A stretch of DNA of 64,000 nt from Candidatus Saccharimonadota bacterium (GTDB lineage Bacteria; Patescibacteriota; Saccharimonadia; Saccharimonadales; JAGQNJ01): contig DAISWO010000003.1 in the NCBI GenBank assembly GCA_036826295.1, positions 42,018 through 106,017 of the forward strand. The letters run 5' to 3'. Under the pieces are notes generated by a model, which saw only the letters and a program-made list of their open reading frames with translations, was not told the DNA's origin and ran no database searches. This document shows, in pieces, positions 1 to 6,930 of the stretch; positions within the stretch are counted from its first letter, which is position 1, and each line of letters begins with the position of its first letter. The translations under genes were made by a program, and so were the position numbers.

Positions 1-633
1 CCGAAGCGCTTGAAAAGTTTTTGTAGCAGGATTAATCTTTCTGTACCCAGCTCGTGGGACTGCTGACTCAATTAACTTTACTAGCTCAATCGTAGAATTA
101 ATTGGTCTATTCTTCACGATCTTGTTAGCGATCCGTTTAGCGTATTTCTCGTCTCCATATTCCTTTAGGATCTTTACGATTTCTGCTTCCTTGTAGTTAT
201 TCACTATATCGGATGCTGTAAAATCAGCAGACTGATCCATACGCATATCGAGAGGAGCGTCTTCCATAAATGAAAACCCTCTCTCTTTATTGTCAAAATG
301 TTCCGAGGATACGCCCAAATCTGCAAGTATCATATCGAACTTTTTTTGATCTCGATATAATCTCGTACTTGCAGACAGATAATCATCTTTAATGATTACT
401 GCGTTTTTTTGACTAAACTTGTCGTTCAAATAGTTGATCGCTGTTTGATCTCTATCGACAAGTATTGTGTCCTCGTATGATAAGGTGCGCTTCAGCACTT
501 CGCCCGAATGTCCGCCATATCCTGCAGTCAAATCAAGAAAGCTTTCGCCCTGACTTGGATTTAGGTATGACAGAACTTCGTTTAGAAGAACTGGAGTATG
601 TATTTGGTGATCTTTGGTGATTTTTGTTTTCAT
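1..633 (-). CDS. rsmH: 16S rRNA (cytosine1402-N4)-methyltransferase RsmH/MraW; 5' portion only, gene runs off the left window edge
   Basis: Hand translation of minus strand from ATG 633..631: MKTKITKDHQIHTPVLLNEVLSYLNPSQGESFLDLTAGYGGHSGEVL...DMRMD. The HxPVLL start and GxGGH SAM motif are typical of RsmH, and it lies downstream of mraZ. Not in the ORF track because it is open-ended. Confidence 0.88.
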   Translation of the reverse strand, partial: MKTKITKDHQIHTPVLLNEVLSYLNPSQGESFLDLTAGYGGHSGEVLKRTLSYEDTILVDRDQTAINYLNDKFSQKNAVIIKDDYLSASTRLYRDQKKFDMILADLGVSSEHFDNKERGFSFMEDAPLDMRMDQSADFTASDIVNNYKEAEIVKILKEYGDEKYAKRIANKIVKNRPINSTIELVKLIESAVPRAGYRKINPATKTFQALR

Positions 634-969
634 ATTTTTTATTTTGAAAGGTCACCTATTCAGCAATCAACTTTTTGTTTTGTACGTTTTTGTTTTTGAT
701 TTTGTTAAGAACTAATTAGCCTGTTGATCATTGAAAGAATATATATTCGTTTAAAAAACCAATAAAGACTTCATTTCAAAACATTCTAACTAATTCATTT
801 GAGAGACTTTGTGTGAGGTGGAGTTTTGGGAGGTGTTTTAGTGTAAGGTACTAAGGTTTTTATGAGGTGGTTGCCTTCTTCCACCTGTTGATTGCCGAAT
901 AGCTAACCTCGTTTATTTGGTTATTCTATTCGATCTGTAAATTGTTAATGTACTAACTGATCACGACTA

Positions 970-1329
970 TTATTTTGCTATTAGTCGCCAGTATTTTCCG
1001 GCTCGGACCGCTACTACATCTCGTGTTATTCCGGCAAAATCAAGCAAATGTTGTTCTAAGAGAACCCTGCCCTGTTTTTGATCTAAGGCTGCTTCACTTT
1101 TACCGCTACGAAACTGTACGTTTAGATCCGCCGTCTTCTCGTCTAGGATATTTCCTGCGAGTTGCGGTTCTACCAGTTCGTCCCAAACAGCTCTTGGATA
1201 CAAGTGTAAATATTGCTTGAATCCCCTGGTTACGACTACTCCGCTAGCAAACTCAGTACGAAGCTCAGTCGGTATAGTTAACCGATGCTTGTCGTCGAGT
1301 CTCCTTTCGAAATAATCCACCGTTGCCAT
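970..1329 (-). CDS. mraZ: Transcriptional regulator MraZ
   Basis: 119 aa with two DxxxR-type half-domains (LDDKHRLTIP, LDQKQGRVLL). First gene of a dcw-type cluster ahead of rsmH. Confidence 0.9.
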   Translation of the reverse strand: MATVDYFERRLDDKHRLTIPTELRTEFASGVVVTRGFKQYLHLYPRAVWDELVEPQLAGNILDEKTADLNVQFRSGKSEAALDQKQGRVLLEQHLLDFAGITRDVVAVRAGKYWRLIAK

Positions 1330-1430
1330 TGTTTGGTCAGTCCTTTTTTAATTGTTACTCGTGGTTTTTATTTTTTGCCTTTACTACAAGCTATTTTGGC
1401 TAGCAGTTAAGGATTCGTTGGTTATGGGCT

Positions 1431-1486
1431 AACCCACGTTTACCCACTGAGTCTCAATATACTACCCACTCCTACCCACATGCAAG
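1431..1486 (-). promoter_or_regulatory. mraZ promoter (-35 TTGCAT 1485..1480, 18-nt spacer, -10 TATATT 1461..1456) overlapped by four GTGGGT(A/T) direct repeats, a putative MraZ operator
   Basis: Minus strand reads TTGCAT GTGGGTAGGA GTGGGTAG TATATT GAGACTCA GTGGGTAAAC GTGGGTT. Repeats (plus-strand ACCCAC) are at 1474-1479, 1464-1469, 1442-1447 and 1432-1437, giving a 10-nt period within each pair. Confidence 0.65.
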
Positions 1487-1530
1487 CATTTTTATCTGTT
1501 TCTTACATACTTATCCACAGTTTTGACAAA

Positions 1531-1563
1531 AAGAAAAACCCCTACACTACATGTGGGGTTTTA
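1531..1563 (-). terminator. Rho-independent terminator after the GH1 gene (A/T tracts on both sides, possibly bidirectional)
   Basis: Minus strand: CCCCACA-UGUAG-UGU(A)GGGG (7 bp, one bulge) followed by UUUUUCUUUUU. Starts about 30 nt after the GH1 stop. Confidence 0.6.
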
Positions 1564-1592
1564 TACATTGGTCTATGCACTAACGAGCTGAC

Positions 1593-2846
1593 TTAGCTAA
1601 GATGCATTATTATTTTTGCCAGATATTTAGCACTTGGTCTAATCTCGCGCTTCATAGTTTTTTGATCTACGCTAACAAGTCCAAATTTGGGCCACCAACC
1701 GTACGCCCATTCGAAGTTATCCAGTAAGCTCCAGTGCAGATACCCGACTACCTGCACCCCTTCACTTAACGCCCTTTCCATTGCTATCACCGATTGTTCG
1801 ATCCACCACTTTCTGTACTGATCTTGAGTATCTGCTACGCCACTTTCGGTAATGATTATTGGCTTACGGTATCGTGCCCAAACTCTTTTCAGTAAAGGAT
1901 GTAGTCCTTCTGGTTCCATGTACCATCCTAAATCGTTTTTCGGAGTCTCGGGGTTATCCATTTTCGCATTTCGATAATAATCAGAAAAGTAGTAATTCAG
2001 GCCTACAAAATCTTGACACCGACGAATCCGGTTTAAAAACCACCAATTCCAAAAATATTCCATTAACCTCACGCTCATTTTATCAATAATATTCTGAGCG
2101 CGCTTGGGCTGAATATTGGATAGTTGCGGCGCCGTTCCGACCATCAAATGCTTATTATCATGTTTGAGTATTCTATAAGATCTTTTATGTGCCGATACGA
2201 GATTAAAATACACCTTTAATGCGCTAATCCAATTCTTTTCCTGAGGTGGCCACCACCCCATTCCGTAACTATTGCTCATGTATACATTTGGTTCGTTAAT
2301 AGTAATTATATATGTAAGGTCACTGCCAAATTCTGAAGAAATTTTTTGCACATATCTATCAAAGTATTTTAGATTTGCCCGCTTTTTGAATGCCCCTTTT
2401 TCTTCAAACCAAACTGGGTTAGTCCAATGCCAAATATTCAAAATTGGCTCCAGCCCATGCTTTCGAAGCTCCTTTATATATTTACGATAATGTTCTATTT
2501 CCGAATTGTCCCACCTTCCCTCTTTCGGCTCAATTCTAGCCCACTCAATCCCAAATCTAAACGAATTTAAGTTCAAGCTTCTGGCAATAGTAAAATCCTC
2601 TTTGTAGCGTCGGTAATGATCAACCGCTCGTCCAGATATATAGTTATTCGGGTCCTCGGCATGTTGTTTTATCTCTGGCCAGTTAGGTAGCCACTCCAAT
2701 CTACTGTGTGCAGATCTTGCCAAGCTTTTAGCATTAGCAAGCTCCCACACCGACCATTGGTTGTGGTTGCCGCCTTCCACCTGGTGCGACGAGGTACTCG
2801 CTCCCCATAAAAAATTCGGCGGAAATTGAGATTCACTTTTTCTCAT
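1593..2846 (-). CDS. Glycoside hydrolase family 1 (beta-glucosidase-like)
   Basis: N-terminal signature FPPNFLWGASTSSHQVEGG, acid/base motif TINEP, nucleophile motif ITESG (usually ITENG). Start trimmed to ATG 2846 (MRKSESQFPPNF); the track start 2882 is a TTG with no SD. Confidence 0.85.
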   Translation of the reverse strand: MRKSESQFPPNFLWGASTSSHQVEGGNHNQWSVWELANAKSLARSAHSRLEWLPNWPEIKQHAEDPNNYISGRAVDHYRRYKEDFTIARSLNLNSFRFGIEWARIEPKEGRWDNSEIEHYRKYIKELRKHGLEPILNIWHWTNPVWFEEKGAFKKRANLKYFDRYVQKISSEFGSDLTYIITINEPNVYMSNSYGMGWWPPQEKNWISALKVYFNLVSAHKRSYRILKHDNKHLMVGTAPQLSNIQPKRAQNIIDKMSVRLMEYFWNWWFLNRIRRCQDFVGLNYYFSDYYRNAKMDNPETPKNDLGWYMEPEGLHPLLKRVWARYRKPIIITESGVADTQDQYRKWWIEQSVIAMERALSEGVQVVGYLHWSLLDNFEWAYGWWPKFGLVSVDQKTMKREIRPSAKYLAKIIMHLS

Positions 2847-2900
2847 AGGTACTTTAACTTTAGCACAATCCCCTTCTTGCAAGCTAAAGCTCGCACACTC

Positions 2901-2926
2901 TATTACTTTGTATCGCCAAAGTAATA
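2901..2926. repeat. Perfect 10-bp inverted repeat TATTACTTTG-N6-CAAAGTAATA upstream of the GH1 gene (operator or leader hairpin)
   Basis: Read directly: 2901-2910 is the reverse complement of 2917-2926. Lies 55 nt upstream of the GH1 ATG. Confidence 0.4.
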
Positions 2927-2956
2927 TAAAACTCTGGGCTGAGTCATAAACACTAT

Positions 2957-3073
2957 TGAATTGTAGTGTGCAAGAACCGCGCCGAAAAAACGCAAGCGGT
3001 CTCGAATATTGTTTTTAGTGTAGGATTCTCGACTGGTTTTCGGCTTGATTCGGTTCTTGTACGCTACAATTCA
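2957..3073. repeat. Extended imperfect hairpin element A (~117 nt), possible structured RNA
   Basis: Outer arms 2957-2979 and 3051-3073 give 23 bp; the only 2 non-Watson-Crick positions are G-U wobbles when read as plus-strand RNA and A-C mismatches on the minus strand. Inner perfect helix GCCGAAAA 2981-2988 / TTTTCGGC 3037-3044. Confidence 0.5.
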
Positions 3074-3144
3074 TCGGTTTCTGCCAATGCCCGTGAACGA
3101 CGAGACCCAAACAAAAACAAGATTATCTTATACTGAACTCGCAG

Positions 3145-3489
3145 TTATTTTTTTGTGATTACTATTTTTATAATTTTATCATGGCTGACCGTTACGGTTT
3201 CTTGGCCGGAGGTTTTCATAACTTCCCCATCTAGCATTTCACCCACAAAATCGAAATCGAATAAAATCACGCCGGGTTTTACTTCTTTTACAGAAGTAAC
3301 TCGCCAGTTTAGAGACGAAAACTGACCATGAAAATTCCTTTGCATGGCAATAATGTCTTTCTTACCAACGTACTCCCCTGTTGCCTGAGAAATATAAACT
3401 GTTTTATCCGTAAATAGTTTTTCAATATTATCAAAATCGCTCTTATTAGAAAGCTCAAAATATAGTTTAGCCGTTTCCATAACATTCAT
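3145..3489 (-). CDS. Small NTF2/SnoaL-like fold protein (hypothetical)
   Basis: 114 aa with a compact alpha+beta pattern (LYFELSNKSDFDNIEKLF...WRVTSVKEV...ILFDFDFVGEM) reminiscent of SnoaL/DUF4440-type NTF2 proteins. Judged by eye only. Confidence 0.45.
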   Translation of the reverse strand: MNVMETAKLYFELSNKSDFDNIEKLFTDKTVYISQATGEYVGKKDIIAMQRNFHGQFSSLNWRVTSVKEVKPGVILFDFDFVGEMLDGEVMKTSGQETVTVSHDKIIKIVITKK

Positions 3490-3586
3490 ATCAGTCTAAT
3501 TGTAGCATTTTACACTCGCGAAGCGTCGTTATTGAAGGGTTCAATAGGAACACTTTACGAATTGAATCGCCTCTGTATTTTCCTGA

Positions 3587-3705
3587 AAGACTACGTCAAC
3601 ACTACAACAAAAAGGACGAGGACTGTTTGAAGATAACGAATATGCCTAAATGGCATATTCGTTATTAAGTTCCGCAGTCTGTTGTGGTGTTTGACTAGTA
3701 GTCTT
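3587..3705. repeat. Extended imperfect hairpin element B (~119 nt), possible structured RNA
   Basis: Nested helices: 3587-3594/3698-3705 (8 bp); 3595-3609/3680-3695 (about 15 bp, one bulge, one wobble that is G-U only on the plus strand); GACTG 3621-3625/CAGTC 3675-3679; apical perfect 14-bp stem 3633-3646/3652-3665 with loop TAAAT. Confidence 0.5.
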
Positions 3706-3710
3706 ATCAA

Positions 3711-3766
3711 GAAAAACAGCAAGCGTGGCACTTTTGCATACTTTTCTTGCTGCTGAGAAAAGTATG
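3711..3766 (-). terminator. Candidate terminator region after the AlkD-like gene (two overlapping hairpins)
   Basis: Minus strand: perfect 10-bp hairpin CATACTTTTC/GAAAAGTATG (3766..3737). An alternative 7-bp stem CAGCAAG (3752..3746)/CTTGCTG (3723..3717) is followed by TTTTTC. Confidence 0.4.
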
Positions 3767-3796
3767 AGATAACTTAATTCTGTAGAAAAAGAACAT

Positions 3797-4498
3797 TTAC
3801 TTGAGTTTCATGTAATGGGCACGATCGGCTGGGTGCAACTTTTCAATACTGTAGCGAAGCATGGTTCGGGGCATCGTTGACGCGTATTTATCTAGGAATT
3901 CTTTCAGTTTAGGCTCGTCTTTTTTCCCTGCTTCGCGCAGCATCCAACCCGTAGCTTTATGTATCAAATCTTGCTCATCATTTAGCAAGATTTTAGCAAT
4001 TTTAAATGTATCTTCTAAATCATTCTTGTCTATAAAATATGCAGTACTTACTATCGCTATTCGACGTTCCCACATCTGTTTTGACCGAGCTAATTTATAC
4101 AAAATTGCCCTATCTTTGTCTGCTATGTATGCACCAACAATTTTATGGCAACTAATGTCAATTATGTCCCAATTGTTGATTCTATCCGTCCTTCGTAAAT
4201 ACAAATCATACAGTGATTTTCTGAGTACAGAATTTGCACGCTCCGCTTGCCAGCGCATTATTATCACTGCCGCTAAACGATGCTCATGTATGGGGCTTTC
4301 TAGTAGCTTTTCTAGCTCATCAATAGGTAATTCTTTATACTTTTTACATACCAGTCTAGTTTGAGGCACAGTTAAGCCTATAAATACGTCCCCTTCTCCA
4401 TACTGTCCCTTACCTGTCTTAAAAAACCGTTGCGAATGAACAGCTCTTGCTGGGTCTTCAAAACTATTCAATTCATTAATTAATTCTGCGGCTGTCAT
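3797..4498 (-). CDS. DNA alkylation repair enzyme, AlkD/AlkC-like HEAT-repeat DNA glycosylase family
   Basis: 233 aa. The N-terminus ...DPARAVHSQRFFKTGKGQYGEGDVFIGLTVPQTR..., the helical-repeat pattern and WMLREAGK are typical of the DNA alkylation repair protein family. Confidence 0.8.
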   Translation of the reverse strand: MTAAELINELNSFEDPARAVHSQRFFKTGKGQYGEGDVFIGLTVPQTRLVCKKYKELPIDELEKLLESPIHEHRLAAVIIMRWQAERANSVLRKSLYDLYLRRTDRINNWDIIDISCHKIVGAYIADKDRAILYKLARSKQMWERRIAIVSTAYFIDKNDLEDTFKIAKILLNDEQDLIHKATGWMLREAGKKDEPKLKEFLDKYASTMPRTMLRYSIEKLHPADRAHYMKLK

Positions 4499-4501
4499 AT
4501 C

Positions 4502-4930
4502 TCACATCTTCCGACTATCATAAGCCCAATGTAGTAGAGCCTGACGCTGTTTTCGACGACAAGTCAAATCTCCAGGGCTACATCCCTTTTGGATCTGCGC
4601 TATGTGTCGCTTCATCGCCTTCCAACGTTTTATTTGGCGTTCATCATCTTTACTTCTCCTACCCAGACAATAACGGCAATACCACTGAAACCACCCTAGT
4701 GGGTCTTGCGGGTTAATCCAGCCTTTTTCTTGCCACACACTCAATGGTTGGCTAGCGCTTACTTCAAAGAAGTTCAACTTAGGATCGGGTTTACCGCTGG
4801 TTAATCGCGCATTAACAAACCAATCATCAGGAAATTCTTCGTAATCTCCATCAAAATAATTACCGCCAAAAACACCCAATTCCAGCATTTCTTTAGGTGT
4901 CAACTCCGGTTTAAAATCATCTTCCATCAA
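4502..4930 (-). CDS. Hypothetical Trp/Cys-rich protein, tightly coupled to the AlkD-like gene
   Basis: 142 aa with the motif GWFQWYCRYCLGRR...RWKAMKRH...GCSPGDLTCRRKQRQALLHWAY. Its stop lies 3 nt before the AlkD-like ATG. I recognise no family. Confidence 0.6.
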   Translation of the reverse strand: MMEDDFKPELTPKEMLELGVFGGNYFDGDYEEFPDDWFVNARLTSGKPDPKLNFFEVSASQPLSVWQEKGWINPQDPLGWFQWYCRYCLGRRSKDDERQIKRWKAMKRHIAQIQKGCSPGDLTCRRKQRQALLHWAYDSRKM

Positions 4931-4974
4931 CTATTAGAATATCATCGAATCTTTAGGAAGTCTGATAAAAACGT

Positions 4975-6174
4975 TTATCCCCTTTTAGAACGACGGTTTC
5001 CACCGTGAGTTCTAGCCATCCGTCCCTTCAGACCACGCCCTGCTTGACGATTCTTACTGAAGTTATGGTTTCTTGGCTGTTTTTGTCGATGAGCCACACT
5101 AAAGTGACCGTCTGGCAATCTTCCACCTTTATCATCTTCGACCTTTCTATCCCAGCCCTTTCTCCTTAGACTAGGTTCGACCGGAATAAATCCAGGCACC
5201 ATTTGAGCCATAACTGGCGTAACAGGAGCTTCTTTGCCAATTGGTGGTAGTGGCGGTTTTTCGTCCTTAAGTGTGATCACAATTTTAGCGCCTTGTTCTC
5301 TTGCAATCGCTCGATCTAAGAACCGCGCAACATCATTAGGCACGTCTCTTGGAGTACCGAAATTACCTTCAAAATAATCAATCATTTGTTCAACGCTATC
5401 AAATCTCTCTTTATATTTTTCTCGAAGCTCTTCAGCCTTAGCAACCTCAGTATCAGTAAATGAGTCTTCGTGGGTATCAACAGCTGGATCGAACGGTTTT
5501 ATCTTGTCGCTAATATCATAGCCAAACTCGTCCTGAATACGCTCAACTAGTGATTCTTTGGCTTTTTCGTATCGTTCACGCGCCAATTTTACTTGTTCAG
5601 TTTCTCCATTACCATCTAAATCAGGGCCAGGTGTTTGTAATTCAATAACACCCTCTTCACCTAGGTTCTCGCGATTATCATTAGCTGATACTAAGCCCGT
5701 TAAATCTACTTCTTCAATCAAATCAGGATTAGACAGACGATCTCGGTTTTGATCAATCAATTCATTAATCTGGTCGGCTGAATCAACTGCATCTTCGGCA
5801 TTAGCTGTAAAGCCCCTTCGATATTCATTATTTATTCTAAGCTTAAGTTTGCCATCTTGAACTTGCATCTCTTGAGGATTGGTCGAGAACTCAGCATCTT
5901 GAGCTAGCCACTCCCCAGTAGGAGCTGCATGAACATTGGGCAGATCTTCGGTTATCCCTACCGGTGCTATAGCTGATGATGCGGCTCCATTTTGCGATAA
6001 GGCACCAGCTACCACTCCCGCACCAAGTGCTCGTCGTAAAGTTGGAGATCCGTGCTCTTCAGAAGAAGACAATTTTAGAATTCCCATAGTCATTGGATCT
6101 ATGTAATCACTTTGTGCTCGAGCAATATCTTCTCGGTCTGGACCAATTACTTTACGTGGCATTCCTTCTGACAT
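4975..6174 (-). CDS. Hypothetical acidic protein with Arg/Lys-rich C-terminal tail
   Basis: 399 aa with a D/E-rich body and the C-terminus HRQKQPRNHNFSKNRQAGRGLKGRMARTHGGNRRSKRG. No signal peptide or TM segment seen and no recognisable domain. Confidence 0.6.
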   Translation of the reverse strand: MSEGMPRKVIGPDREDIARAQSDYIDPMTMGILKLSSSEEHGSPTLRRALGAGVVAGALSQNGAASSAIAPVGITEDLPNVHAAPTGEWLAQDAEFSTNPQEMQVQDGKLKLRINNEYRRGFTANAEDAVDSADQINELIDQNRDRLSNPDLIEEVDLTGLVSANDNRENLGEEGVIELQTPGPDLDGNGETEQVKLARERYEKAKESLVERIQDEFGYDISDKIKPFDPAVDTHEDSFTDTEVAKAEELREKYKERFDSVEQMIDYFEGNFGTPRDVPNDVARFLDRAIAREQGAKIVITLKDEKPPLPPIGKEAPVTPVMAQMVPGFIPVEPSLRRKGWDRKVEDDKGGRLPDGHFSVAHRQKQPRNHNFSKNRQAGRGLKGRMARTHGGNRRSKRG

Positions 6175-6224
6175 TTTTTTATAACCTTTTTTGTTTTTTT
6201 ACTATTTTATAACTTAACAATACT

Positions 6225-6253
6225 ATATTAGCATAAGCTTTACATTTTTGCAA
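6225..6253 (-). promoter_or_regulatory. Sigma-70-like promoter for the 399-aa gene
   Basis: Minus strand: -35 TTGCAA (6253..6248), 17-nt spacer, -10 TAATAT (6230..6225). About 50 nt upstream of ATG 6174. Confidence 0.5.
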
Positions 6254-6271
6254 GTAGTTTTATAGTTTGTG

Positions 6272-6874
6272 TTATCTACGAGTTTTTTGTTTGTTGTTGC
6301 GATTATTGTTGTTTTTGGAATTGCGAGAATAGTTTTTATACTCTAGTTGTCTGCGCATTTGGTCAATTCTAGTTATATACTTCTCATAGGGTTTTAACAG
6401 TGATGAATATTGCCAATTTGGCGTCATGATGCATTCTAATCTTTCCTTCTTTTCTAGGTATTCTGCTAAACAGTAAAAATCACCATCTCCTGATACTATA
6501 ATGGCCTTCTTATAGTTAGACAGTTCTTTCATGGCATAAAGAACCAATTCAGCATCAACGTTGCCTTTTACTAGATGTTCTTCGTTTAGTTTATGTGCTT
6601 GTACTTCTTCAGATGTCATATTTATAGTAACAGTTGGTTTCAGAACTATCAGATAGCCTTGGTCGTGAAGCTGCTTGTACATATCCTCGTGCTCTTGCAT
6701 GTATCCGATAAATAGATATGCCCTAGTTACACCGTATTTATCTTTTAGTAGTTGCCTAAATTTATGCCAGTCCAGCTTGAACCCAGCTTTTTGCGTGCCA
6801 AGGTTAAGATTTTGGCTGTCAATAAAAGCAAAATTGCCGGTAGGTTTCGGGCGTCTGAATAAGAATTTTGCCAT
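6272..6874 (-). CDS. NYN/LabA-like (PIN-fold) nuclease domain protein
   Basis: 200 aa with the conserved acidic positions of NYN domains (FAFIDSQN, GNVDAEL, VSGDGDF). Low-complexity N/K-rich tail. Confidence 0.75.
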   Translation of the reverse strand: MAKFLFRRPKPTGNFAFIDSQNLNLGTQKAGFKLDWHKFRQLLKDKYGVTRAYLFIGYMQEHEDMYKQLHDQGYLIVLKPTVTINMTSEEVQAHKLNEEHLVKGNVDAELVLYAMKELSNYKKAIIVSGDGDFYCLAEYLEKKERLECIMTPNWQYSSLLKPYEKYITRIDQMRRQLEYKNYSRNSKNNNNRNNKQKTRR

Positions 6875-6930
6875 ATTTACTTATATTTTATCATTCTAGA
6901 CTTGATTAACAGAATTATTACAAAACTTAT

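Noticed and set aside
2883-3796. Elements A and B as integron attC sites flanking a gene cassette.
   Set aside because: Size and imperfect-hairpin form fit. However, I could not find the RYYYAAC / GTTRRRY core sites at the arm ends, and there is no integron integrase or attI in the window.
3861-4364. Long plus-strand ORFs antisense to conserved minus-strand genes. These include 3861-4364, 10550-10975, 36700-37146, 42826-43323, 13876-14232, 24141-24515 and many shorter ones in the track.
   Set aside because: These are shadow ORFs. They are Ser/Leu/Cys-rich low-complexity translations lying fully inside well-supported genes on the opposite strand, with no motifs.
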